Positions 31,322-38,161 of a DNA stretch of 64,000 bases are shown here, piece by piece. The stretch is from Verrucomicrobiota bacterium. Its GTDB lineage: Bacteria; Verrucomicrobiota; Verrucomicrobiia; Opitutales; JABDGR01. Below the pieces are notes generated by a model. It was not told the DNA's origin. It made no database searches and was given only the letters and a program-made list of their open reading frames with translations. The DNA lies in contig JBEHYY010000005.1 of the NCBI GenBank assembly GCA_048497935.1, positions 46,118 to 110,117 on the forward strand, given 5' to 3'. Both the position numbers and the translations under genes were made by a program. Positions within the stretch are counted from its first letter, which is position 1; each line of letters begins with the position of its first letter.

Positions 31322-31510
31322 CTAGTGGTTGAACGGTGTTTCAGCGCCGGAAATGCCGGCACAGGCGTCTTCATCGCGGGCCAGCAGTTGCCTGATTTCC
31401 GCCGGGCTCCATTGGCGTTCCTCGCCATAAACAACGGCGGCATTGTCTTCGGAGTGCGCGGTGAAATGCTCCTGGCTGATGACGAGTATTTTTCGATTGG
31501 AGGATGACAT
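31322..31510 (-). CDS. Hypothetical small protein (62 aa)
   Basis: ATG at 31510 (MSSSNRKILVISQEHF...). Codon usage is compatible with the genome. No family recognised. Confidence 0.35.
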   Translation of the reverse strand: MSSSNRKILVISQEHFTAHSEDNAAVVYGEERQWSPAEIRQLLARDEDACAGISGAETPFNH

Positions 31511-31663
31511 GAAAATAAGTGGTTGAGGTTGCAATACGCCGGAGGAAGCGGGTCAAATCCGGCGACGAAGGATTATTTTCCCTCGCTTGAGTTGATATTA
31601 AATCCGGAGGGACAGTCGTTTGCGATTTTTTGTCTTGGTGATATTGCATCAAGACAACATGGG

Positions 31664-32881
31664 CTAATTGGCCCACGTATTTGGCAGGGCCGCTTGGCTG
31701 TCGGAATGAAGAACTTGGTGGATGGTCTGGAGCAGTTGCGCGGCCCGATAAGGCTTGGGCAAAAAGGCCTGCGCGCTTGCCTGCGCCGCCCCCACCAGTC
31801 CCTCCTTCACACATAGCCCGCTCGTGGCGATGACTTTCACGTCGGGGTTGATGGCCCGCAGTTGCCTGATGGCTTCCGTACCATTGAGGAGGGGCATGCA
31901 GACATCCGTGAAAACCAGCTCAATTTTCTCCCTCTGCTGCAAATAAAGCGCCACGGCATCGGCCCCATTGGAGGCGGTGAGCACGTTATAGCCAAAAACA
32001 CGCAGCGTTTGTGCGGTGACGGCCAGAATCGCCTCCTCATCGTCCACCACCAGCACCCATTCCCCATGCCCGCGGGCCAGCGGGGCATTTTCCGTGACAA
32101 AATCCGCCGCGGCTCCCGGGGCTGCCGGCAGGTAAACCTTGAAGGTCGATCCGGCGCCCACCTCGCTTTCCATGGTCAATTGCCCATGGTGGGCTTTGAC
32201 AATCGCGTCACACACAAACAGCCCGGCGCCTTGGTGGTTACCCGTTTTGGTGGTGTAAAATGGCTCGAAAATTTTTTCCTGCAGGCATTCAGCGATGCCG
32301 CAACCCGTATCGGTAATGTCGATGCGCACATACCGGGCGCCATGGGTGCCGGGCTCAAGAAAGGCGCAATCATCATCCAAGACGACATTTTCAGCCGCGA
32401 TGACCAGAACCCCGCCGGGGGTCATGGCCTCATTGGCATTCTGGCAAAGGTTGAGCAGCGCATGGTGAAGCTCCGGGACCGAGCCAAGCACCGGCCAAAT
32501 CTCAGGGGCTATTTGCACCTCGATGCGGATGCGGCCGCCTACATCAGCCTCGACATACTTCCTCAAGTCTCGCAACAGGGCGGGAACGACGACTGGGCCG
32601 CGCAGCTTGCCCGCCCCTTCCACCAACGCGACAATCTGCTGGATTAGGCGCGGAGCCTGGCGGGTGTGCCGCTCAATGACGGATAATATCTCGAGGATCT
32701 CAGACTCTGGCGGTGCCTGTTCACGCAAAAGCTCCAGGGATGTGGTGATGGGGGCCAGCACGTTGTTAAGGTCATGCACCAGCCCCTCGGCCAGAATGGA
32801 TAAGTTTTTTCGGATTTGCCCGTTGACCGGAGGCCAGACCGTCAAAGGAAATTCCGCCGCGGCGGTGATGCTGCTATTCAT
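31664..32881 (-). CDS. Hybrid histidine kinase (short N-terminus, HisKA, HATPase_c, C-terminal REC)
   Basis: About 405 aa from ATG 32881; the ORF is open to 32920. H-box LVHDLNNVLAPI, N/G boxes LCQNANEAM and DTGCGI ... GAGLFVC, and REC VLVVDDEEAIL...FTDVCMPLLNG. No sensor domain and no TM segment. Confidence 0.88.
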   Translation of the reverse strand: MNSSITAAAEFPLTVWPPVNGQIRKNLSILAEGLVHDLNNVLAPITTSLELLREQAPPESEILEILSVIERHTRQAPRLIQQIVALVEGAGKLRGPVVVPALLRDLRKYVEADVGGRIRIEVQIAPEIWPVLGSVPELHHALLNLCQNANEAMTPGGVLVIAAENVVLDDDCAFLEPGTHGARYVRIDITDTGCGIAECLQEKIFEPFYTTKTGNHQGAGLFVCDAIVKAHHGQLTMESEVGAGSTFKVYLPAAPGAAADFVTENAPLARGHGEWVLVVDDEEAILAVTAQTLRVFGYNVLTASNGADAVALYLQQREKIELVFTDVCMPLLNGTEAIRQLRAINPDVKVIATSGLCVKEGLVGAAQASAQAFLPKPYRAAQLLQTIHQVLHSDSQAALPNTWAN

Positions 32882-33075
32882 AAAGCAACCGCACGGTAGT
32901 CTAAATTTCCCCCTTCGCAAGGGACGCAGTCTCCGTAAATTTGATGGCTTATGACCACCGGCTTCTGGGGGGTTTTAACTATCTCTTCGGGAATTTTCAC
33001 GTAAATGAGGAGTTATTACTCGATATACAGGGAGTTTTTTGCCGATTGTGCATTACTAATAGCACTTTGGCGTCT

Positions 33076-33468
33076 ATGCAGAATACATCCGCCGCAGCCC
33101 GCCTGCCGTCGCGCCGCATCCTGCTTGTCGATGACAACGAGGAGGCCGCGCAATTGCTGGCCAAACTTTTACGCATCACCGGCCATGATGTGGTGGTCAG
33201 TGCCACGGGCGCCGACGCGCTGCATCAGGTGGATGCATTTCGTCCGCAATTCATCCTGCTCGATCTTGGCCTCCCCGGCATGGACGGTGGCGAAATCGCC
33301 CGGCAAGTGCGGGGCCGGCCGGATTGCAGCGAAATCAAAATCATCGCCATCAGTGGTTATCGACCCGAGAGCATTGACCAGAACCTGGCCGTCATGTTTG
33401 ACGCTTATTTGGTCAAACCCGTTGGCATGGGGCTGCTGGCAAAAACCATGGCGTTAATTGATGTTTGA
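33076..33468 (+). CDS. Single-domain response regulator (REC only)
   Basis: ATG at 33076. RILLVDDNEEAAQLL...ILLDLGLPGMDG...ISGY...YLVKP. Confidence 0.88.
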   Translation: MQNTSAAARLPSRRILLVDDNEEAAQLLAKLLRITGHDVVVSATGADALHQVDAFRPQFILLDLGLPGMDGGEIARQVRGRPDCSEIKIIAISGYRPESIDQNLAVMFDAYLVKPVGMGLLAKTMALIDV

Positions 33469-33608
33469 AGCCAGGTGCTTGTTAATCATGTGCTAATCCG
33501 CGGCGGCCCAATGGCAGGGTGCAGATGGATGGGCTATCGTATGAGACAGGAGTCGAGACGACGGCCAATTCCGGACTCGTTTCACCTTCACCGCAAACAT
33601 CCGACATC

Positions 33609-33836
33609 ATGAAAACCACCGGCATTCAAACCGATCGCTCACCGTTGGGCGAAATCATCAAAGGCAACTGGGATATCGTCAAAGGCAGCCTCAAACAGAA
33701 GTATGCCAAGCTGACCGACAACGACCTCCGCTACCAGGAGGGCAAGGAGGAGGAACTGCTCGGCCGTCTCGAGAAGGCGACCGGCCGCACCCGCCGCGAT
33801 ATCGAGCGCGCCATTCGCGAATCCTGCAATTGCTAG
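33609..33836 (+). CDS. CsbD-family stress-response protein
   Basis: ATG at 33609. GNWDIVKGSLKQKYAKLTDNDLRYQEGKEEELLGRLEKATGRTRRDIE is the CsbD signature. Confidence 0.85.
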   Translation: MKTTGIQTDRSPLGEIIKGNWDIVKGSLKQKYAKLTDNDLRYQEGKEEELLGRLEKATGRTRRDIERAIRESCNC

Positions 33837-33860
33837 CGCGCTGGCAAGCCCCCCGATGAC

Positions 33861-33890
33861 AAGACCGCCTTTCGAGGCGGTCTTTTTTTT
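33861..33890 (+). terminator. Rho-independent terminator after the CsbD gene
   Basis: 9-bp stem aagaccgcc / ggcggtctt, a 6-nt loop, then a run of T. Confidence 0.75.
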
Positions 33891-33916
33891 GCCAGTCGTT
33901 TGCCACCCGCAGGATT

Positions 33917-34543
33917 TCATTTCTTCGACTGCTCCCCTTGGGAGATTTGCCGCATATTCCGGCCAGTCAGCACCGAAAGCTCGCGCCCGGTGCGCCGGAT
34001 GGGCGTCGTGCGCCCGCCTTCGGGATTCTTGATCACCAGCCAGTTTATCTTGCGGCCCTCGGTGCGCAGGCGCACTAATGTCCATTCGCCCCGGCACTTT
34101 TCCCCAATCAGGGCGAAGTGCAGTTTACCCTTTTCCAAGGCGTCGGCGGCCGAGATTTCAGCGGTGGCGTAGATGCCCCGGTCCCAGAGCATCACCGTGC
34201 CAGCCCCGTAATTGCCCTCGGGTATGACGCCCTCAAAGGAGCCGTAGTCCAACGGATGGTCTTCCACCTCAATCGCGAGGGCACGTCGGCCCGGCTTGAG
34301 CGGCAAGCCCTTGGGCACGGCCCAGGACTTGAATACTCCCTCCACCTCCAGGCGGAGATCGTAGTGCAAACGCGTGGCGTTGTGCTTTTGAATGACGAAT
34401 TTTGCCAGACCTGTGGAAGGCTGCCCGCCTTGGGGTTCGCCGCTCTGGCTCAAATTACGCTTGGCGTGATAGGCCTGTAGCGGGGCAGCGGGGGCTTTGG
34501 CGGGCCGTCCACGCGCGCGCTTTGGTGTGTTTTCGGTGCCCAT
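33917..34543 (-). CDS. Standalone DNA ligase D 3'-phosphoesterase (PE) domain protein
   Basis: LQAYHAKRNLSQSGEPQG ... FVIQKHNATRLHYDLRLE ... KSWAVPKGLP ... VEDHPLDYGSFEGVIPEGNYGAGTVMLWDRG ... GKLHFALIGEKCRGEWTLVR matches the LigD PE domain throughout. ATG at 34543; an in-frame TTG at 34588 is an alternative start. Confidence 0.85.
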   Translation of the reverse strand: MGTENTPKRARGRPAKAPAAPLQAYHAKRNLSQSGEPQGGQPSTGLAKFVIQKHNATRLHYDLRLEVEGVFKSWAVPKGLPLKPGRRALAIEVEDHPLDYGSFEGVIPEGNYGAGTVMLWDRGIYATAEISAADALEKGKLHFALIGEKCRGEWTLVRLRTEGRKINWLVIKNPEGGRTTPIRRTGRELSVLTGRNMRQISQGEQSKK

Positions 34544-34610
34544 GGCGCTTTTCTCCGAATCAACTGCTCCTCCCTGCGCGCCTGGCAATGAGTGCCTCGT
34601 TGGCGCAGAA

Positions 34611-34802
34611 TTATTTTTCCCTTTTAGTCTTATGCCTGCCTCCCCCGCTCTTGCGACCGCCGCCTGTTCGGCTATTCACCGTGCGCCAGGCGCGCTCTTC
34701 CGCCTTATCGTGCGTGTCGCCGCGCGATTCATAACCTTCCGCGATATGCTCAGCCATTCGCTTTTGCTTGTTGGTGTAGCTGCTTTTGTCTCCCTGTGGC
34801 AT
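34611..34802 (-). CDS. Small basic protein (63 aa), conserved-looking; function unknown
   Basis: ATG start. MPQGDKSSYTNKQKRMAEHIAEGYESRG...RAWRTVN followed by a G/K/R-rich tail. Tightly spaced within the minus-strand operon. Confidence 0.6.
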   Translation of the reverse strand: MPQGDKSSYTNKQKRMAEHIAEGYESRGDTHDKAEERAWRTVNSRTGGGRKSGGGRHKTKREK

Positions 34803-34847
34803 AAGCGTATGGATTTAGGGGTTGGTGCGAGGTAGAGATTCGGGTTG

Positions 34848-35330
34848 TTAGAGGCGACCTTCCTCCAGGTCATAAACGTCCAGAAACCGGTAAACCACCC
34901 GTCCCTTGGGCACGCACTGCGGAATGTATTCTTCGAGGTAGATCTGAAGGTCCATGGGCAGGCCGGAGATGTCCATGTCACGCTGCTGGTTGTTCCATTG
35001 GATGATCTCCGCGCTTGTCCGCCGATGGCTGTTCTCACGGATCCAGCGATCAACCTCCTCATCCGAGGCCCCAGTCGCGATGTAATCCCGCAACTTCTGG
35101 TAGTCGATTTTGGCGTACTTCAGCCACATCTGGTCCAGGGGGCAATTCGTGTGGTACTCTCCCGCCTGGCCCACCAAGTCCGCCCGGCACTTATCCACCG
35201 CGCGCGCAGCCAAGACGTATCCCCCCAGGCGCTCCCGGGGGCTGCGCGGGGGCTTGCCCGGGGCGCGCAGGTCCGGGGCAAGCTCCCGCACGCGTTCCAA
35301 ATTGGCTGAAGTTGTTGGCGCGGAATTCAT
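34848..35330 (-). CDS. DUF5069-like protein
   Basis: 160 aa. PRSPRERLGGYVLAARAVDKCRADLVGQAGEYHTNCPLDQMWL resembles the DUF5069 signature as I recall it. Confidence 0.7.
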   Translation of the reverse strand: MNSAPTTSANLERVRELAPDLRAPGKPPRSPRERLGGYVLAARAVDKCRADLVGQAGEYHTNCPLDQMWLKYAKIDYQKLRDYIATGASDEEVDRWIRENSHRRTSAEIIQWNNQQRDMDISGLPMDLQIYLEEYIPQCVPKGRVVYRFLDVYDLEEGRL

Positions 35331-35358
35331 AGCGGATGGATTTGAAGGTTAGCCGTGT

Positions 35359-36207
35359 TTAGCGAGGCAATGGCCCAAAGGGCGGCGGCAAAACTTTGGC
35401 GCCCGGCACTCTGAGGTTAGTGCTGCTGTAAATTTCTGCGGGCGTGATGGTCGTGGAGTCGTAATAGCCGCGGTTGCGGTCGTCATCCGGAGTCAGCTTG
35501 GTGGCCGAGACGGCCGCCCCGACATCCAGGCCGCTGGCAGTCTGGTAAAGAATCACATCAACGGTATTATCGATGGTCGTCTTCACGGCGGAGTCGTTGC
35601 CGGCTACGGCCCGGAGGTTGCCGCTCCAGATGAATTTGCTGTCCGTCAGCGTCTGGAGCGCCTTGTCGCTCATCAGAAAGGCCACGCTACGCACATGGCT
35701 GCCACCGACTTGCGCGCCCACGCTGCCACCCGCCACATTATAGAAAACCGGACCGCGCCAGGTGCCATCCGAAGCCTTCCGGTAGGCAATCGCCTTGCCG
35801 CCCGTGCCGCCGACAATGGCGGAGCCAGACCAGCGGTCGACAAACACCACGGCCTTGGCCAGCGAAACCACGGAGTTGGAAACTCCCGACGCAGGCTGTT
35901 TTTGCAATGTATCAAACCAGGCCCAGGCATCGTTGACCTGCTTAATGCTCTCGCTGCGGTCGGCGGAATGGTCGCTATTGGCGCCAATGGAACCCGCAGT
36001 GGCGGTTCCTGCCGTCCGGGCCGTACCCGTGCCGGTGGTGGAATCTGCCGGCGGCGGAGTCATGCTCGTCACCCGGTTTGCTTCGGCATCCGCCTGCGGC
36101 TGGCCGGGTCGGGTTTCAGCTGCGTGGCTGGAGGCCAGGAAAAGGGAGCCAACTGCAAGCAGAGCGACGGCCGGCAGAACGCGATTCATAGGGATGTGGG
36201 TTTTCAT
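35359..36207 (-). CDS. Secreted SYLF (DUF500 / Ysc84-like lipid-binding) domain protein
   Basis: Signal peptide MKTHIPMNRVLPAVALLAVGSLFLASSHA, then a T/A/G-rich linker. The SYLF core follows: AKAVVFVDRWSGSAIVGGTGGKAIAYRK...GPVFYNVAGGSVGAQVGGSHVRSVAFLMSDKAL. In-frame ATGs also occur at 36246 and 36189. Confidence 0.8.
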   Translation of the reverse strand: MKTHIPMNRVLPAVALLAVGSLFLASSHAAETRPGQPQADAEANRVTSMTPPPADSTTGTGTARTAGTATAGSIGANSDHSADRSESIKQVNDAWAWFDTLQKQPASGVSNSVVSLAKAVVFVDRWSGSAIVGGTGGKAIAYRKASDGTWRGPVFYNVAGGSVGAQVGGSHVRSVAFLMSDKALQTLTDSKFIWSGNLRAVAGNDSAVKTTIDNTVDVILYQTASGLDVGAAVSATKLTPDDDRNRGYYDSTTITPAEIYSSTNLRVPGAKVLPPPFGPLPR

Positions 36208-36406
36208 GTCTTTGTGAGGATGGGTTAATGGTGATTGCAAATTCATATTATGTTCAACGTAGCATCGTTTTTTTCGCTTTTCAAAAATGCCGGGAAATAT
36301 AACAAACGATTCGCAAATGCGGACTGGGGCGTTGCCCTGCGTCCTCCTGAATCATTCAGGCCATTTGCCCATCGCGCCGTGCCATCTGGAAAGAATCGCG
36401 AGAAAG

Positions 36407-36424
36407 TCAGTGCTTAAACACCAA
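36407..36424. promoter_or_regulatory. Variant of the 18-bp palindrome: TCAGTGCTTAAACACCAA
   Basis: The right arm and centre (TGCTTAAACACCAA) are identical to the site at 30304..30317. Lies in the divergent region between the SYLF operon (-) and the DUF892 gene (+). TTGGTC-N16-TAAAAT follows immediately (36426..36453). Confidence 0.4.
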
Positions 36425-36608
36425 CTTGGTCCGGGTTTATTTCTTCTTAAAATTTAAATTTTAACCTTGAAGCCCCCAGACATTAATTCCGTGTAAATTC
36501 AGCGTTCGTCGGCGATTTTTTATTGAAGACAGCGTAGGTTGCGCGCATCGCCAGCAGCCACAACGGCTGCGGCGCATCATCAGTTCCACCTTAAAAATTC
36601 AAATCACC

Positions 36609-37124
36609 ATGCCTAAGTCGTCACGCAATCTCCGCGATGTTCTCGTGGAGGAAGTTCAGGATCTCTACAATGCGGAAACCCAGCTGGTCGCCGCACTGCC
36701 CAAAGTGGCCAAGGCTGCCCACGATCCCAAGTTCAAGTCCGCTGTGGAAAGCCATCTGCAACAAACCAAAGGCCATGTCGTCCGCCTCGAACGGGTGGCA
36801 GAACTGCTGGGCGCTTCGCCCAAAGGCCGCGTTTGCCAGGCCATGAAAGGGCTTGTCAAAGAAACCGGCGAGCGGATCAAAGCTGGCAAGCCCAGCGCCG
36901 CCCGGGATGCCAGCCTCATTGGCGCGGCGCAAAAAGTGGAACATTATGAAATCGCCGGCTATGGCACGGTGCGCAGTTTTGCGGAGTTCCTCAACCTGGC
37001 TGATGTCGCTGAACTGCTCGATGTCACGCTCGAGGAAGAGGCTGCGACAGACCGCAAGCTCACCGACCTCTCGGCTTCCATCAACGCCGACGCGGAATCA
37101 TCCAACGGCCGCAAGGAAGCCTAA
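36609..37124 (+). CDS. DUF892 (YciE/YciF-like ferritin-fold) stress protein
   Basis: 171 aa. LRDVLVEEVQDLYNAETQLVAALPKVAKAA ... HLQQTKGHVVRLERV ... KVEHYEIAGYGT. Confidence 0.88.
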   Translation: MPKSSRNLRDVLVEEVQDLYNAETQLVAALPKVAKAAHDPKFKSAVESHLQQTKGHVVRLERVAELLGASPKGRVCQAMKGLVKETGERIKAGKPSAARDASLIGAAQKVEHYEIAGYGTVRSFAEFLNLADVAELLDVTLEEEAATDRKLTDLSASINADAESSNGRKEA

Positions 37125-37151
37125 CACAAACCAATTGCCAGCCTTTCTTCC

Positions 37152-37196
37152 AAAAGGCGGGGAGGCCCAGTCCGGGCTTTCTCGCCTTTTGTTTTT
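37152..37196 (+). terminator. Probable rho-independent terminator after the first DUF892 gene
   Basis: Outer stem aaaaggcg / cgcctttt enclosing a GC-rich imperfect hairpin, followed by ttttgttttt. Confidence 0.55.
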
Positions 37197-37263
37197 CCAA
37201 GCGGAGTAAGGGTTGAAGGCCATGCCCGTGTTACGCCGCCTTACGGGATTTCTTTGATTAATA

Positions 37264-37281
37264 AACACTAATCAGGATGGT
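37264..37281. promoter_or_regulatory. Degenerate relative of the palindrome: TTGATTAATAAACACTAA
   Basis: 13/18 match to TTGGTGTTTAAACACCAA, with 9/10 in the right arm. Also part of a local inverted repeat, TGATTA-N8-TAATCA (37265..37284). Sits ~55 nt upstream of the second DUF892-like gene. Confidence 0.25.
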
Positions 37282-37333
37282 GGATATATCCAAGCCGCTA
37301 CGCGATAATTGTCTCACCCCACCCCCTTTCTCA

Positions 37334-37903
37334 ATGTCCACGCCACTGTCCCGCATCACCTCTCTTTCTGATCTGCTCGCCGAGGAGATTGCCGAACTCT
37401 CCACCCTTGAGCGTCATTTGCTCCAACAGTTGCCTCCGCTCATTGCCACTATTGAGGAGAGCGATTTGCGCTATGCCCTTGTTTTTTACCTTCGGCAAAT
37501 TGATCGCCATCTCCAGCAGCTGACACCGCTGCTCAAGGCCTCCACACTAAATGCTGCTGAAGCAGCGGCCACTTTTGATCTCAAGGAGGACTTGCATACC
37601 CTGGACCCTGAGTGCTCGGACAGTGTGCGCGAGGCGGCTTTGATTTTCATTGTGACCAAGGTGGAGCATTATTTGACCGCTGGTTACCTTAATGCCTGCG
37701 CCTATGCCCGCCTCCTTAAGCAGGATGAAATTGCCCGGTTGCTGCTATCCCGTCTGGAGGTGGAGGCGGGGTTTCTAAATTGCCCGGCGTTACTAGTGCG
37801 TATGTTGCGTTTCTCGCATTCCAAGGACTTCAAACAATTGGCAGAATCCGAATACCTGCCGACCAAGTCCTCGCCGCCCGAGAAGGATTTTACGATGAAT
37901 TGA
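37334..37903 (+). CDS. Divergent DUF892-like protein
   Basis: Aligns by eye with the upstream DUF892 protein (LSDLLAEEIAELSTLERHLLQQLPPL ... KVEHYLTAGYLNA). ATG at 37334 fits that alignment; the track ORF starts at 37277. Confidence 0.65.
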   Translation: MSTPLSRITSLSDLLAEEIAELSTLERHLLQQLPPLIATIEESDLRYALVFYLRQIDRHLQQLTPLLKASTLNAAEAAATFDLKEDLHTLDPECSDSVREAALIFIVTKVEHYLTAGYLNACAYARLLKQDEIARLLLSRLEVEAGFLNCPALLVRMLRFSHSKDFKQLAESEYLPTKSSPPEKDFTMN

Positions 37904-38091
37904 GTGCCAGGAAGGATGCCCTACAACAAGCGCTGGGAAAGGAACCCGCTGCGTATGGCCTGGATGCTTCAGAATGCCCTCTGCAGTGCCGTTATGGCCT
38001 GTATTGGCCTAATTTCCCCCCAGATGACTGGCTGGCCTCGTTGGCGTTGATTCTGGCCAGCCCGGCAACAGTTGGGCTGCAGCCCTTGGCC

Positions 38092-38134
38092 ATTAAACAA
38101 ATCGCCCGCCAAGGATTGCTCCCGGGCGGGCGAT
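38092..38134 (-). terminator. Probable terminator of the giant gene
   Basis: On the minus strand, a 10-bp stem (ATCGCCCGCC / GGCGGGCGAT; 38134..38125 and 38110..38101) with a 14-nt loop. TTGTTTAAT follows, about 30 nt after the stop codon. Confidence 0.5.
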
Positions 38135-38161
38135 GCAAGCAGTCGTTAAACTGCTGAAGAA

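Noticed and set aside
31631-31656. Inverted repeat tgtcttg-N12-caagaca downstream of the HK-REC gene, as a possible terminator
   Set aside because: For the minus-strand transcript the hairpin is followed by an A-run, not a U-tract. The T-run lies on the wrong side.
9059-36608. Alphaproteobacterial-style general-stress (EcfG) promoters, GGAAC-N16/17-CGTT, upstream of the stress-type genes
   Set aside because: I checked 9059..9180, 19430..19758, 33469..33608 and 36247..36608 by eye. GGAAC occurs upstream of the VOC gene, but without a correctly spaced CGTT. No consistent match was found elsewhere.
37780-38157. 125-aa plus-strand ORF between the DUF892-like gene and the giant gene
   Set aside because: - It overlaps the 3' end of the DUF892-like gene in another frame.
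- It runs through the hairpin that looks like the giant gene's terminator.
- It has no recognisable family.
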